A DNA stretch of 64,000 bases, from NCBI GenBank assembly GCA_002633005.1, contig NMRA01000555.1, positions 217,867 to 281,866 of the forward strand, in the 5' to 3' direction. This document shows, piece by piece, positions 43,001-53,755 of this stretch. The position numbers and the translations under genes were made by a program. Below the pieces are notes generated by a model. The model did no database searches, was not told where the DNA came from, and worked only from the letters and a program-made list of their open reading frames with translations. This stretch comes from Phoronis australis (taxonomy: Eukaryota; Animalia; Phoronida). The stretch's first letter is position 1. Every line of letters starts with the position of its first letter.

Positions 43001-46000
43001 AATTATCGTACCCAACCCTAGATTCATGCAACCTGCAATTCTGTTTCAGAGGAGATCCAGTTACGGATTAAAAACCAGAGGACTGGCAAGGTGTTTTGGT
43101 ACAGTAAAAATTCTCATATTTGGGACCGTAAGTCTCTAGAAATTTGGGACACTCATAATACCGCAGAAATTGAATGTTTCTTGATTCTAGAATTAAGGAC
43201 AAGGTTGTAGGTTCCAACCACTACGGTTGAAATTTTTTACTAAGCACAGTAATCTGTAAACATTCATACATGTAGGTTGGGAAGCAACAACTATGTCAGA
43301 AATGGCATTCGAGTGAAAAACAAATAACATCAAGTTTTATTCTAAAATGATCCCAGGGATTCATCTCCTGAGAGAATAGTGAGCTTGACTGATGACATCA
43401 CATATACGGGGTGCCCCAAAAACAGGCCCACAAAATGTCAACTCAAACTGGTAGACTAGAACTTTTGAATTTTAGTAGATGGATGATCTCTCCACAAAAT
43501 TTTAATAACCAGTTACAATTTTGTTCTTTTCAGATTAATTATTTAGAACCTAATGCAATATTTTCTGGGTTTATTTATTGGGTAATCACATTCAACAGTT
43601 GAAACACATAAACATTTATTTAACAATTTTAAAATTATGAAGAAAAAATATTCAAGTATTTACCAGTAGCACAGGGCATATAATAACATACCATTCATGT
43701 TGTTATTGATACTAAAATGAAACATTGTGTCTCAGCTAGAAACAGTCCAGCTTCCAGGCTACTGCAACATTGTTTCAAAAAGTTTCAAACGTGTAGGGCT
43801 TTGAATAAAAACATGGAGTTGAAATTGTTCTTGAATTGCTTTTCAAATTGCAAACTTTGTAAAAAAGACAAGGTAAGATAGGGCTAAAGTACATATCATA
43901 ACTTACTAGCAAAATCTGTACACATATCTAAGGGGAAATTTGTTAATTTCAGCATCTCTAAACAGGACTCACATTAGAAGAACAATGAAAAAAGTTGTCT
44001 CCCCATGCAGGACAAGCCACAAAATAATGCACCATTTTTATTTACATTCTCACCAACTATTCTAATCTGACAACAGAAAAAGGTTTCTTTTCAATTGTAA
44101 AAATACAAAAATATTTTTGCAGTAGAATATAATGCCGCACTTAAGACCATGTAAACTCAAAGCAATCCCTTATTTGAGAACACCCTGAGCCCAGACAGGC
44201 CCCATTGAGGCACTCACCTTTTGAGAGGACACTATTCCGCGATGACAGCCTGTCACGGTCAATGCGAGCAGAGTTGCGACTAGAACTTCTTGACCCAGGA
44301 GCCATGTCGAGTCTGGAGGACTCCAACTGTGCTACGGAGCCTGCTCGCGATCCCTCACGATCAGCATTTTCTGAATACCAAAAATATGGATAAAGATGAA
44401 TACAAACCTCCATTGATTTTAATTTTAATTTAATTTAATTTAATTTAGAGCACAGATAAAATGAATTCAGATAAAACAAGAAGAAATTACTATTCAACTA
44501 AAACAGTCAAAACTTTTTAAAACGTTCATGAATTGTTAAATATGCAGGGATCATTTTAGGAGCGCACAACGCATCATGACCAGTGTACTGTGACTGCTTA
44601 ACTCAGACCAACAGGACAATAAAACTGGAAGCGAGAAAAAGACAAAAACTAACACAGCCGAATAATCCTCCAAACTGGAGGCCGTCTGGGCCAGGTCATG
44701 CACACCCACAACTAATCTAATTTGATCCCTGAAAATTCAAATTCAAAAGTTATTGTTAGCCTATTATCCCATCGGTCCATAATCTACATTGTGCAACAGT
44801 TGCTTTCTTGTTCTGCTTTCAACCATAACCTAAAACTAAATAATCACTAAATGAATTGTTCACTTTTGATGAAAACCAAATTTGACTGTTTAGCTATTAA
44901 ATACATTACATCCTTTTATCTCTAACATTAATCAAGAGAAATACTGAAGACTATATATCACTCAATTTTTTAAAATGAATCACAGGCACTGGACGATCCA
45001 AAAACTATTAATCATGACTACTTTTCCAAATGGTATTAGAACAGTAAGACCTTCAATAGCAAGCAGACCATTAATGAAAATCATTAGAGCGATCATTTAA
45101 TGTGGGGAAAATTCAATCAAGATATATGAAAACACCTAACTCTATAGAAAAAGGTTCCATTAAGTTTTCAAGATCTCAATGACACATAACCATAAGCTCT
45201 ACTTTACAATTGCATGTACAGACTCGTTAAATGTAACCTAACAAAAACACACACAAGCAGGTGCACTTGCAATACATATGGCTTACAATTCTTGCAATAT
45301 TTCCAATAATCCTATCGCAAACCACTTAACAGTGAAGAGAAGACTAGCCATCAGCTTTTGATTATACACTGAAGATTCGAAATTATACTTATGGTGTATA
45401 TATATCAACTGAGACCAATATCAAAGTTGACTAAATTTTCATTTCTTAATTTTTTCTATGCCTAACTACAATGCTGCATGTGCTCAACCATATAACGATT
45501 GCAGCAGTGACTTTTCCTTATAAGATGCATTTGCGGGCTCCAAACTATTTTGAAGTATAGCAGGAACTAAACGACAATGTTATTTGAACGCCATCTAAGC
45601 TAAACAAAGTCCAGTTGCATTAATTGACAACTTGTAAATGTGGCAACAAAAAAAATCTGCAAACAGGTGACATTTGCGCTAATGCCGTACCGTGGGGTCT
45701 CATATGCCCCGCACCATGCAGTGTTATTCCCCAACACCATGTCAGGATATTTTTTACAAGTTTCAAACATTGTCGCAAATACCAACATTTTATCAAAAAT
45801 TTCTTTAATGGTAGCTGTCGCAAAGACATGAACATAAAAATTAAAGCATTTGATTTGGCGCTACATGTCATTCACAGAAAATGATAAAGTTTAACTCGTT
45901 GGTCATGCAGTGCAATTAAATTGGTGAGATTCTGGGATACTGCAATAATTTTACGGATAATTTCACCAGTTCTACAATAACGAGCCTTAATTGTGCGATA

Positions 46001-47889
46001 AACAAAGCATCCATTTCCATCGGTAAACCAACAATTTTCGATGATAAAACCCTAAACTCATAGTAAGTGAAAATATGCAGTCTCTGGCTTCAAGCACACA
46101 CACATACCTGATGGCCTGTTATCCAATCCGCTTCTTGATGTGCGGCCACTAGGGGAGCCAGTGTTAGATATACCTCGCCGACGCTCTGAACTGAAACATT
46201 AGAGCACGAGAAGACTCATTATACACACTGTCACTGTGAGAGGTACAGAAGTATGGCCAATTGTTGGTCAACTTCAAAGCAGATCAAATCTAAACCCGAG
46301 GAAAACAATGATTTATCCACTGTGAGTTTGTAGCATACATGTGCAAAATATAATCTCTATATGTATGAGTTTCCCTTAAAAACTGCCGCCGCCTGTACCT
46401 TCCTTGTAAGTTGGAATTAAATAAATATTTGATTCCGGATTATCATCATTTTTTGACAAAAGTCAATATTTTTGCAAGCTTTTTAGTCCACCGATGACAC
46501 TGGGTGAGGCTGTATACCTTCGTAACAAGTGACAAGCACACAAGGTAATCAAACACAATTAAACAGTGCGCAGGTAAACAGAGACACTGTCTTGTGTAGA
46601 TAAACCAAGCAATATGTTTTCAATGTCACGCAACCAACAAGAAACCATTTGAAGCCAATGCAAATGGTATTAACAATCATTCAATATGGCTCTAATCAGT
46701 CACTATACAGAGAAGTAGTGAGAATTAACTACTTAAAATTACCTACAGTTCATGCCATGCGTATAATTACGAAGACAAAGGAGGTTTTCACAGGTAGACA
46801 TGGAATGCATGTAATTTGCAGAAAGGATTGTCACCTATAACAGACACTAATGCATGTAGTAAAACTAACTCAGATGAACAAAATCAAAGCAGTGCAGGAA
46901 GACTGGGCAGCAGTTTTGTTTTTCATTACAATTTCTAGTTTATAGTTGTTCACAAGCAGAGTGGCGGAGAAATATCAAAATACTACCCGTTGACGTTCAG
47001 AAAGTGGCTAAAACGCTATTTCATTGGTGGCATAACATCAGTAATGCGAACGAATACAAGGCTCACTTTTGCTGCCGCTTTGCTGATGCAGTTGTACCTG
47101 GGGCATGTTTGATGAAAGAATCTAATGGATTTGTCCTGGCTTTTATCTAAAAATAAGCCTATGGACAAAAACAAAAGGTAAGGCTGCAGGTCAGAAAATA
47201 TCAGTGTCCACAACGACAATTTTTGGCAATTAGTAGTCAAACGTCAAAACCTGATTGTCTTTTCAAGACTGATCCCAGATGCTATATTTTACAATGCAGG
47301 TGGAACAGTTCATTCGTATACATTACGTAAATCAGTGTTCTCCTTTTAATGATGCTAAGCCTCAAGGCATGTGGTATTTTCTCAGGCAGCATTTTTCATC
47401 ACTTGACACTCACTCACACTTACACATCCAGGCAATGCGCTGGTTGGGATTTTTAATGCACGAGACCCCTTACAAGATATGGAATCTGAGAAGATTCCCA
47501 AGATGCATCTAGAGGACATTTTTTTGTAAGTGGAGACCGAGAGTTTTCCTCAATACTGGAGAAGACACCATAAACCAGGTAGTAAGTAGACAAGAACTGG
47601 GTCCAGGGTCTGACCTCTAAGCTCAAACTCAACTCATGACTCACCCATTATATGAGTACAAATTCATAAGTTTGGTCAAAGCAAATCATGCCATTAGTCA
47701 ACTTTCGAGAACATGAATTAGAGCCCAGACCCTGACCAGCATATCCGTAATCCAAAAGTTCTAGAGTCACCACTGATCTTACCTTCCATCTGTTCGTCTT
47801 GAGCCTAGTCCAGCAAGGAACTCGGCTGCCCTGTTACTCGCAGACCCTTTCGACCTTGACGAAGGTCGTTCTTCACCAACCACACTCAT
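4076..47889 (-). CDS. Large multi-exon coiled-coil protein (~1,879 aa, 38 coding exons); Ser/Arg-rich disordered N-terminus, then long heptad-rich rod; family not identified
   Basis: Exons traced by hand, all with AG acceptors, GT donors (one GC) and matching phases, in 5'->3' order: 47783-47889 (MSVVGEERPSS), 46108-46190, 44218-44370, 42499-42737, 41276-41335, 39676-39744, 37644-37740, 35934-36121, 32863-33033, 32139-32261, 31378-31500, 29732-29826, 28954-29126, 28484-28713, 27537-27692, 26670-26816, 24744-24890, 23791-24027, 22726-23046, 22318-22397, 21526-21637, 20803-20958, 19251-19481, 18542-18682, 17911-18061, 17421-17586, 16707-16802, 16080-16203, 15520-15684, 14723-14926, 13778-13957, 13155-13249, 11347-11574, 10510-10602 (or 7932-8024), 9346-9457 (or 6775-6886), 5395-5540, 4490-4593, 4076-4212 (ends HAPNRG-TGA). 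Total 5,640 nt with no internal stop. Translation is E/K/L/Q/R-rich. Confidence 0.88.
6296..8451. repeat. Copy A of a ~2.15-kb duplication containing exons 7932-8024 and 6775-6886
   Basis: Near-identical to 8864-11026 and ends exactly at the N gap (8452-8606). Confidence 0.92.
8452..8606. other. Assembly gap (N run)
   Basis: Run of n characters. Confidence 1.
8864..11026. repeat. Copy B of the ~2.15-kb duplication containing exons 10510-10602 and 9346-9457
   Basis: Collinear with 6296-8451, with scattered SNPs and indels. The exon differences I saw are synonymous. Confidence 0.92.
11221..11350. repeat. Degenerate 20-26-bp C-rich tandem repeat (CCAAGACCCACCT) overlapping an exon donor
   Basis: Six ACC(C/T)A(C/T)CT-containing units. 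Confidence 0.8.
11827..11995. repeat. Minisatellite, 20-bp unit AAAGGCACAGGGTGACTTTA x~8
   Basis: Directly visible tandem repeat. Confidence 0.95.
21009..21118. repeat. 15-bp perfect inverted repeat bounding ~110 bp (mini-MITE)
   Basis: ATACCTCATCAGAGT ... ACTCTGATGAGGTAT, with an internal direct repeat TATCACATGAT. Confidence 0.7.
21742..21901. repeat. Minisatellite, 21-bp unit GGATATCATTTGTCCTGTAGT x~7.5
   Basis: Directly visible; it explains the spurious CPVVDII-repeat ORF. Confidence 0.95.
25050..25165 (-). mobile_element. Degenerate tRNA-derived SINE fragment
   Basis: Minus strand reads ...AAGGTCATGAGTTGGAATCCCAC (B-box-like) followed by CCCTTGAGTCAAG, similar to the common SINE core motif CCTTGRGCAAG. 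Confidence 0.5.
29190..29423 (+). mobile_element. Short 3' end of a related L2/Crack LINE in an intron
   Basis: T-rich stretch, then GAGGGCCCCCATGGAAAGCAGTCTGAACTGATGGGGTTACCCTC and (AATA)n, homologous to 62517-62603. Confidence 0.72.
40941..41134. mobile_element. Degenerate MITE (Tourist/Harbinger-like)
   Basis: GGCCTTTACACTC / GAGAGTAAAAGGCC and TTACTGTGATAGGACTCCATTTCC / GGAAATAGAATCCTATCACGGTAA inverted pairs. Confidence 0.6.
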
Positions 47890-49699
47890 TCTAAATACAA
47901 AATTTCAACATGTATAAAGCTGTGAGAGTCAAAATTATGGCAAATTTATGACTATAAAATTAATACCGCTAAAACTATGCATACATCATGCATGCATGCA
48001 TGACATCAAAAATCATCCATTGTTTTGAATAATGGCATGAATCTGGTCTAGATGCAGTTGAAAATTTAAGAAAGTGCTGAAAATGGCTCAGTACTATTAC
48101 GTTTAGCGTTTTCTGTTTCGCGCAGATTAGAAAACAGAAGCCTTCGCCTGAAAATGCATGAAGCTTGCCATGTTTTAAATGAAACTGAAACAGTTTGGAA
48201 GACAACAACACATTTAGAGCACTAAGGAAGCAGAAAGGTTTATTTAAGAACCAATCTCTCACTTAAGCCTCAAGAAAAGCAACCCATAGAAAATCCAGGC
48301 CCTATTAAAATGATGTTTACATTGTGATTGAAATATGTATATGCATTCCATTCATTCAGTGCTACACACATAAAAATCTCTCAATAAAGGTCAGTGTATA
48401 TGACACACTGTTGCAAGCCATTGTGTTCACATGCTGAGAACAGTTTTAGATGTAGCAATGCATTATTAATTATGTACAACCCAGAGTGCATAATCTGTAT
48501 AGCCCTCGAAAAGGATGTAATCACCATCTTTGTATTGTCAAGCTGAGAGATATTGAAGTAATCAATGGCCAAGATTTGAATTGATGCATAAACCTACAGC
48601 AGGGACTTCTTTGAAGTAAAATGCTGTTTGAGAAAAAATGCTTTAACGGATACAAGATCTTTGGCCAACAGCTGTTTCACTCTAAATCATACAGTACACA
48701 GTAAGAAGTTGAACTTAAACTTGTTGTAAAACCAATCTCAGTCCAAAATTAAGGTGTACCTGTTATAAAACTAGTGTCAACTTCTGATTGTCGCGACATC
48801 ACTATGTCAACGAGTTTGAGAAGAGCGCATTGTTTGATGACATGCTCAATGCATGAAATGACCCTTCGGTCAGCTGGTCAAACAATAATGAACTGTGCAG
48901 GAATAGTAAAGTAAGTCAGCAGTTTTGGTAAATGTTTCGGGTACCTGTTTGCTAATGCCCAGGTATTACGCACCCAGGTACTGGTAATACATGTGGTACT
49001 GACTTAGTAGACATGTACAAGGTCCCACATTTTGATTGAGAACCAGTTCTCTACTGAAAAACAGACATCAAAATAGTTCTCATAATTGAGGACCACTGTC
49101 AGTGACTATTGCCCATCTGCATATTACTTGCGATAGGACCCCCCCCCCCCNGGCCTAGGCGTAAGTCAGTGGAAAGTAGGAATTCTAGTAGGCTGATTAA
49201 GTCAGCAGATTGGCTAAAGCGAACGATGGACATCCATTGAGAAGCATTCGGAAGTCAGCTTTCCATTCCATTGTTGCACTGGAGCCATTGATGGAGACCC
49301 CTTCAAAACTCTGAACTGTATCGGGGGCACAGTACTTCCGAAATGTCATAAACTTTTTTCAGTTTAAATGACAATAATCTGATAATTTCCGATGAACAAA
49401 ACACTTGTGTGATATCAGTCACAAACTGAACGTCTTGTCTGGTCTCCACACGCCGAGGCCGGTGATAATGTGTTTCCTGATTTTCGATAAACTGAACGGG
49501 TTTGCCGTTCAAGCAAATGGACCACAACACCCTCCTAGTTTGTCGCCCTACCTTTTGCCTCAGTTATATCTTCTTTCACAACGGTCACACTAAATCTGTT
49601 AATAAGGCTGTGAACGAGAGTGACCTTGTTTACAAAACACCATTTGAATCGATTGACAGACTGAAAGAAAAACCAATTCAACCTAGATTTTAAATTTAC

Positions 49700-49900
49700 C
49701 TGGTCTGCCCTCAAATTCTGAGGCGCTTGAAATCAGTCGGCCAGTATCTCAGCATCCTGAGTGAAGTTTCGACGACTACAGATCGGGTCAATCATGTCTC
49801 AAAAACGAAGAATGTTGACAATTATCGCTAAAATAGTCTCACAATTTCACACCGCAACAGCGATGAGCGTCCCGAGATACCTCTTGACAGTTTTACTGGT
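49700..49900 (-). other. Probable non-coding first exon (5' UTR) of the coiled-coil gene
   Basis: Strong donor CAG|GTAAAT at 49700 in a CpG-rich region. The next exon begins one base before the ATG at 47889. The 5' limit is approximate. Confidence 0.55.
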
Positions 49901-50320
49901 AACCTACTGCGCAGGCGTTGTTAGTCGATAACTCGATCGCCCCACTTATCTATTCATCCAGTTAACGTCCTGTGGGTGGACAATGGGAACCCGCGGAGTA
50001 GGGTATTGGGATAATCAGTCATTATTTACGACTTTGAAGGCTCCTAGCATCAGCTGGACGGCGGAGACTTCCTGACACACTACGATATTTGGAACGAGGG
50101 GTGCGCAGGTGCCAGATGTAAATTATGATCGTGCTCAACACGGATTTGTTCCAGACACACAATCTTATCCGTTGAAGTTATGAATTCGCTTTTGTAGGCG
50201 TTCTCAGGCTGCTACGTGTTTATTGTAAGCGGCTGACTTGGCAGGGTAAAAACAGGCGAAAACTTACCTTACGTCATGCTGTCAAAAATGCCGAGAGCAT
50301 TCTGCAATCAGTAGACTATT
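49880..50320. promoter_or_regulatory. CpG-rich promoter region of the coiled-coil gene
   Basis: Local CpG enrichment, an NRF1-like TGCGCAGGCG at ~49908, and a second perfect minus-strand donor AAG|GTAAGT at 50268 (possible alternative first exon). Confidence 0.5.
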
Positions 50321-50463
50321 TTGTAGTTGGAAAAGGGACACCGATTTGTAAATGTAATAAACTTTGGGTGCCATTGCATGTTGCCTCAGATTTATTTTTA
50401 CAAAAATCCCAGAAACCCGGAAGCCATAAACACGTACTGCAAACAGACGATATTAAATCGGTA

Positions 50464-50657
50464 CAATGAGCCATACCTCAGTGCCTCCCCGGCGTTCAGT
50501 AACGCTAGGACCTAGCTAAAAAGCAAGACTTCATGACGAGATTACGTGAGATATTGCCGTGTATTTTAAATACAAACACGTGACTTTGACTAGATTTTAG
50601 CTAGGTCCTAGCGAACGTCCTAGCGTCTACTGAACGCACGCCTGGTATAGCTCATTG
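50464..50657. mobile_element. Palindromic MITE-like insertion upstream of the first small-RNA gene
   Basis: CAATGAGCCATACC / GGTATAGCTCATTG outer inverted repeat and CGCTAGGACCTAGCTAAAA / TTTTAGCTAGGTCCTAGCG inner inverted repeat. Flanks ATCGGTA / ATTGGTA resemble a target-site duplication. Confidence 0.7.
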
Positions 50658-50810
50658 ATTGGTATTAGTGTGTTCTGACTGAACACGTTACATTCACGTA
50701 AATTTGACCAATAGATGTCACAACAGTACAGTCTGTTGCACCACTTCCTGTATAAGATTGCACAACAGCTGGCGAATCTTGATAAACGACTTTCTATTGA
50801 TATTTTAACT

Positions 50811-50926
50811 AGGCGAGCCGTGGTGTAGTGGACAAACCTAGAAACTCATTTCCACTGAGACTAAAGCAGTTGGATTCTCTGCAGAAATGTGGAGAACCAC
50901 TACTCCAAACCGACACTCGCCTTTTT
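50811..50926 (+). ncRNA. Putative Pol III small RNA (Y RNA/vault RNA-like), type A copy 1
   Basis: 5' AGGCGAG pairs with 3' CTCGCCT followed by a T run. TGG-T-GTAGTGG pairs with CCACTAC-T-CCA. A-box-like TGGTGTAGTGG, B-box-like GTTGGATTC, and a conserved upstream region. Confidence 0.65.
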
Positions 50927-51494
50927 GCTTCGAACGTATATGAAAAACTTGAAAACTGGCTCTTGTCGCCAAGAACATTTGTGCTTACCTTTCAAATTGT
51001 ATTTCAAACACCTTTCAATTTTTATTACAAATTCAATTCACTAAATGTTGTTTGTCAATATCTTTACCTTCTTTACCCTACTTAAAAGACAATTGAAATT
51101 GAAAGGGTGCCGGAGCAAAATGACAACGTCGGTTGCAAACTGTTGCTATGGATGTCTGAAATCGATTGGAGGTTCGTGCATCGCCATTTGATAGGAACAG
51201 GAAGGTCCAAAAACCAACGGAAAGTGCCGTTACATGTTGTCTCTGATTTACTTTTACAAAAATTCCAGAACTACAAAAGATTTACAAACATCTATATATA
51301 TGTACTGTAACGCTTTAAACACTGAAACAGTCGATGCCTAAATCGGTATTACTGTGTTTGACTGACACCACGTTACATCCATGTAAATTTGACCAATAGA
51401 TGTCACAACAGTACAGTCTATTGCACCACTTCCTGTATAAGATTGCACAACAGCAGGCGAATCTTGATAAACGACTTTCTTTGATATTTTAACT

Positions 51495-51610
51495 AGGCGA
51501 GCCGTGGTGTAGTGGACAAACCTAGAAACTCATTTCCACTGAGACTAAAGCAGTTGGATTCTCTACAGATATGTAGAGAACCACTACTCCAAACCGACAC
51601 TCGTCTTTTT
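51495..51610 (+). ncRNA. Putative Pol III small RNA, type B copy 1
   Basis: Same 116-nt unit. The 3' stem CTCGTC keeps pairing through a G-U wobble. T5 terminator. Confidence 0.62.
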
Positions 51611-52212
51611 GCTTCGAACGTATTTGTGAAAAAATTGACTCTCTTGTCCGCAATGCTTATTCATTTCAAATTGTATTTCAAACACTTTTCTGTTTTTATT
51701 GAATATACAATTCATTAAATAATGTTCTGTTGTCAATATATTCACCTTACCTAAAAGACAACTGATATTGAATTAAAGAGTGCCAGAGCACATTGACAAC
51801 GTTGGTTGCATTTAAAACGTTTCATTTCAAATTATGTCTGACTTGAAAAATTCCCACTAAATAAGATTGGCCCAAGCCCCGCCTAACAGGGTAAACGGTG
51901 GGGTTTGGCAGATTGAACTAGACTGTATTTATCCACCTTGGCTGAGTCGCGCTCAGCTCACGATCAAAGGGATATCGCCAAGCTGCTCTATTCATCGAGT
52001 CACGAGCGAGCCATGATCAGCTGACAATCTAGCCTAGACTTTTAGTGATAGAGATAGACCGGGATCCCAGAGCTTTTTTGGGCATGAAAAGGTAACCAAT
52101 TTTCTTTGGTGCCACAGTGCCCTGTGGGTATCCTGATGCTTGGAAAAGGCCGTCTGGCAGGTTCGCTCTGGTGGGTGTGGTCAGGCCCGGAGCCAAGAGA
52201 ATTACACTCAAA

Positions 52213-52858
52213 AATTGAGCTAGATCAACTTTTCTGGTAACCACTTAAAACTGCTTTCGATACCTGCTACGTCATCCATTGTATCAAAATTGGTCACTGC
52301 CAGACAATTTCAGTGGTGGGGAGTACCCGCCAGACGAACATCATACAGGGTACAAAAATTGAGCTAGATCAACATAAGAGGTAACCGCTTGAAACCAGTC
52401 GCAAAATATTCACCGTAAGCCCAGGTATCACGAATGAGCACTGCCAGACAAATCTAGTGGTGGGTTACCCCCGCCAGACACGCCTAAATACCTGAATTGA
52501 GCTAGATCAACCCATCAGGTAACCGCTTGAAACCAATTGCACGATGTTCGGCATCACTGAACATGGCACAACAGTTAGATGCCAGACAATTTCAGTGGTG
52601 GGGTGCCCCTGTCAGACGATTATCAAAAAGGGTTAAAAATTGAGCTAGATCAACCCAAGAGGTAACCGCCTAAAACCAGTTCCAAAATATTCACCGTAAG
52701 CCAAGGTATCGCGAATAAACACTGCCAGACAAATCTAGTGGTGGGTTAGCCCCGCCAGACACGTCCAAATACATGAATTGAGCTAGATCAATCCAAGAGG
52801 TAACCGCATGAAACCAGTTGCAAAATATTCGCCGTAAGCCCAGGTATTAAGAATAAAT
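52213..52858. repeat. ~140-bp tandem array with conserved blocks and variable spacers (4.6 units)
   Basis: AATTGAGCTAGATCAA recurs at ~52213, 52357, 52495, 52638 and 52776. Each is followed by GGTAACC, and complete units also carry TGCCAGACAA..AGTGGTGGG..C(C/T)G(C/T)CAGAC. Confidence 0.92.
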
Positions 52859-52962
52859 NCCAATAGATGTCACAACAGTACAGTCTGTTGCACCACTTCC
52901 TGTATAAGATTGCACAACAGCTGGCGAATCTTGATAAACGACTTTCTATTGATATTTTAACT

Positions 52963-53078
52963 AGGCGAGCCGTGGTGTAGTGGACAAACCTAGAAACTCA
53001 TTTCCACTGAGACTAAAGCAGTTGGATTCTCTGCAGAAATGTGGAGAACCACTACTCCAAACCGACACTCGCCTTTTT
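52963..53078 (+). ncRNA. Putative Pol III small RNA, type A copy 2
   Basis: Same sequence as 50811-50926 by eye. Confidence 0.62.
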
Positions 53079-53639
53079 GCTTCGAACGTATATGAAAAAC
53101 TTGAAAACTGGCTCTTGTCGCCAACTTTGTGCTTACCTTTCAAATTGTATTTCCGAAACAAATTTCAATTTTTTTTACAAATTCAATTCACCAATTCACT
53201 AAATGTTGTTTGTCAATATCTTTACCTTCTTTACCCTACTTAAAAGACAATTGAAATTGAAAGGGTGCCGGAGCAAAATGACAACGTCGGTCGGGTTGCA
53301 AACTGTTGCTAAACGATGTCTGAAATCGATTGGAGGTTCGTGCATCGCCATTTAATAAGAACAGGAAGGTCCAAAAACCAACGGAAAGTGCCGTTGCATG
53401 TTGTCTCTGATTTACTTTTACAAAAATTCCAGAACTACAATATATATGTACTGCAACGCTTTACTAAACAGTCGATGCCTAAATCGGTATTACTGTGTTC
53501 TGACTGACACCACGTTACATCCATGTAAATTTGACCAATAGATGTCACAACAGTACAGTCTGTTGCACCACTTCCTGTATAAGATTGCACAACTGCAGGC
53601 GAATCTTGATCAAAACGACTTTCTATTGATATCTTAACT

Positions 53640-53755
53640 AGGCGAGCCGTGGTGTAGTGGACAAACCTAGAAACTCATTTCCACTGAGACTAAAGCAGTT
53701 GGATTCTCTGCAGATATGTAGAGAACCACTACTCCAAACCGACACTCGTCTTTTT
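53640..53755 (+). ncRNA. Putative Pol III small RNA, type B copy 2
   Basis: Matches 51495-51610 except CTCTGCAG versus CTCTACAG. Confidence 0.62.

Noticed and set aside
42525-43139. 204-aa plus-strand ORF and other plus-strand ORFs across 4-48 kb
   Set aside because: Antisense shadows of coiled-coil exons or chance ORFs with non-ATG starts and no recognisable domains.
50811-50926. tRNA call for the repeated unit (TGGTGTAGTGG looks like a D arm)
   Set aside because: No anticodon arm or correctly placed T arm before the acceptor strand; the A-box region instead pairs with the 3' CCACTACTCCA.
52213-52858. CRISPR array or coding repeat
   Set aside because: Eukaryotic context, no cas genes, several conserved blocks per unit, related spacers in units 2, 4 and 5, and stops in all frames of the unit tested.
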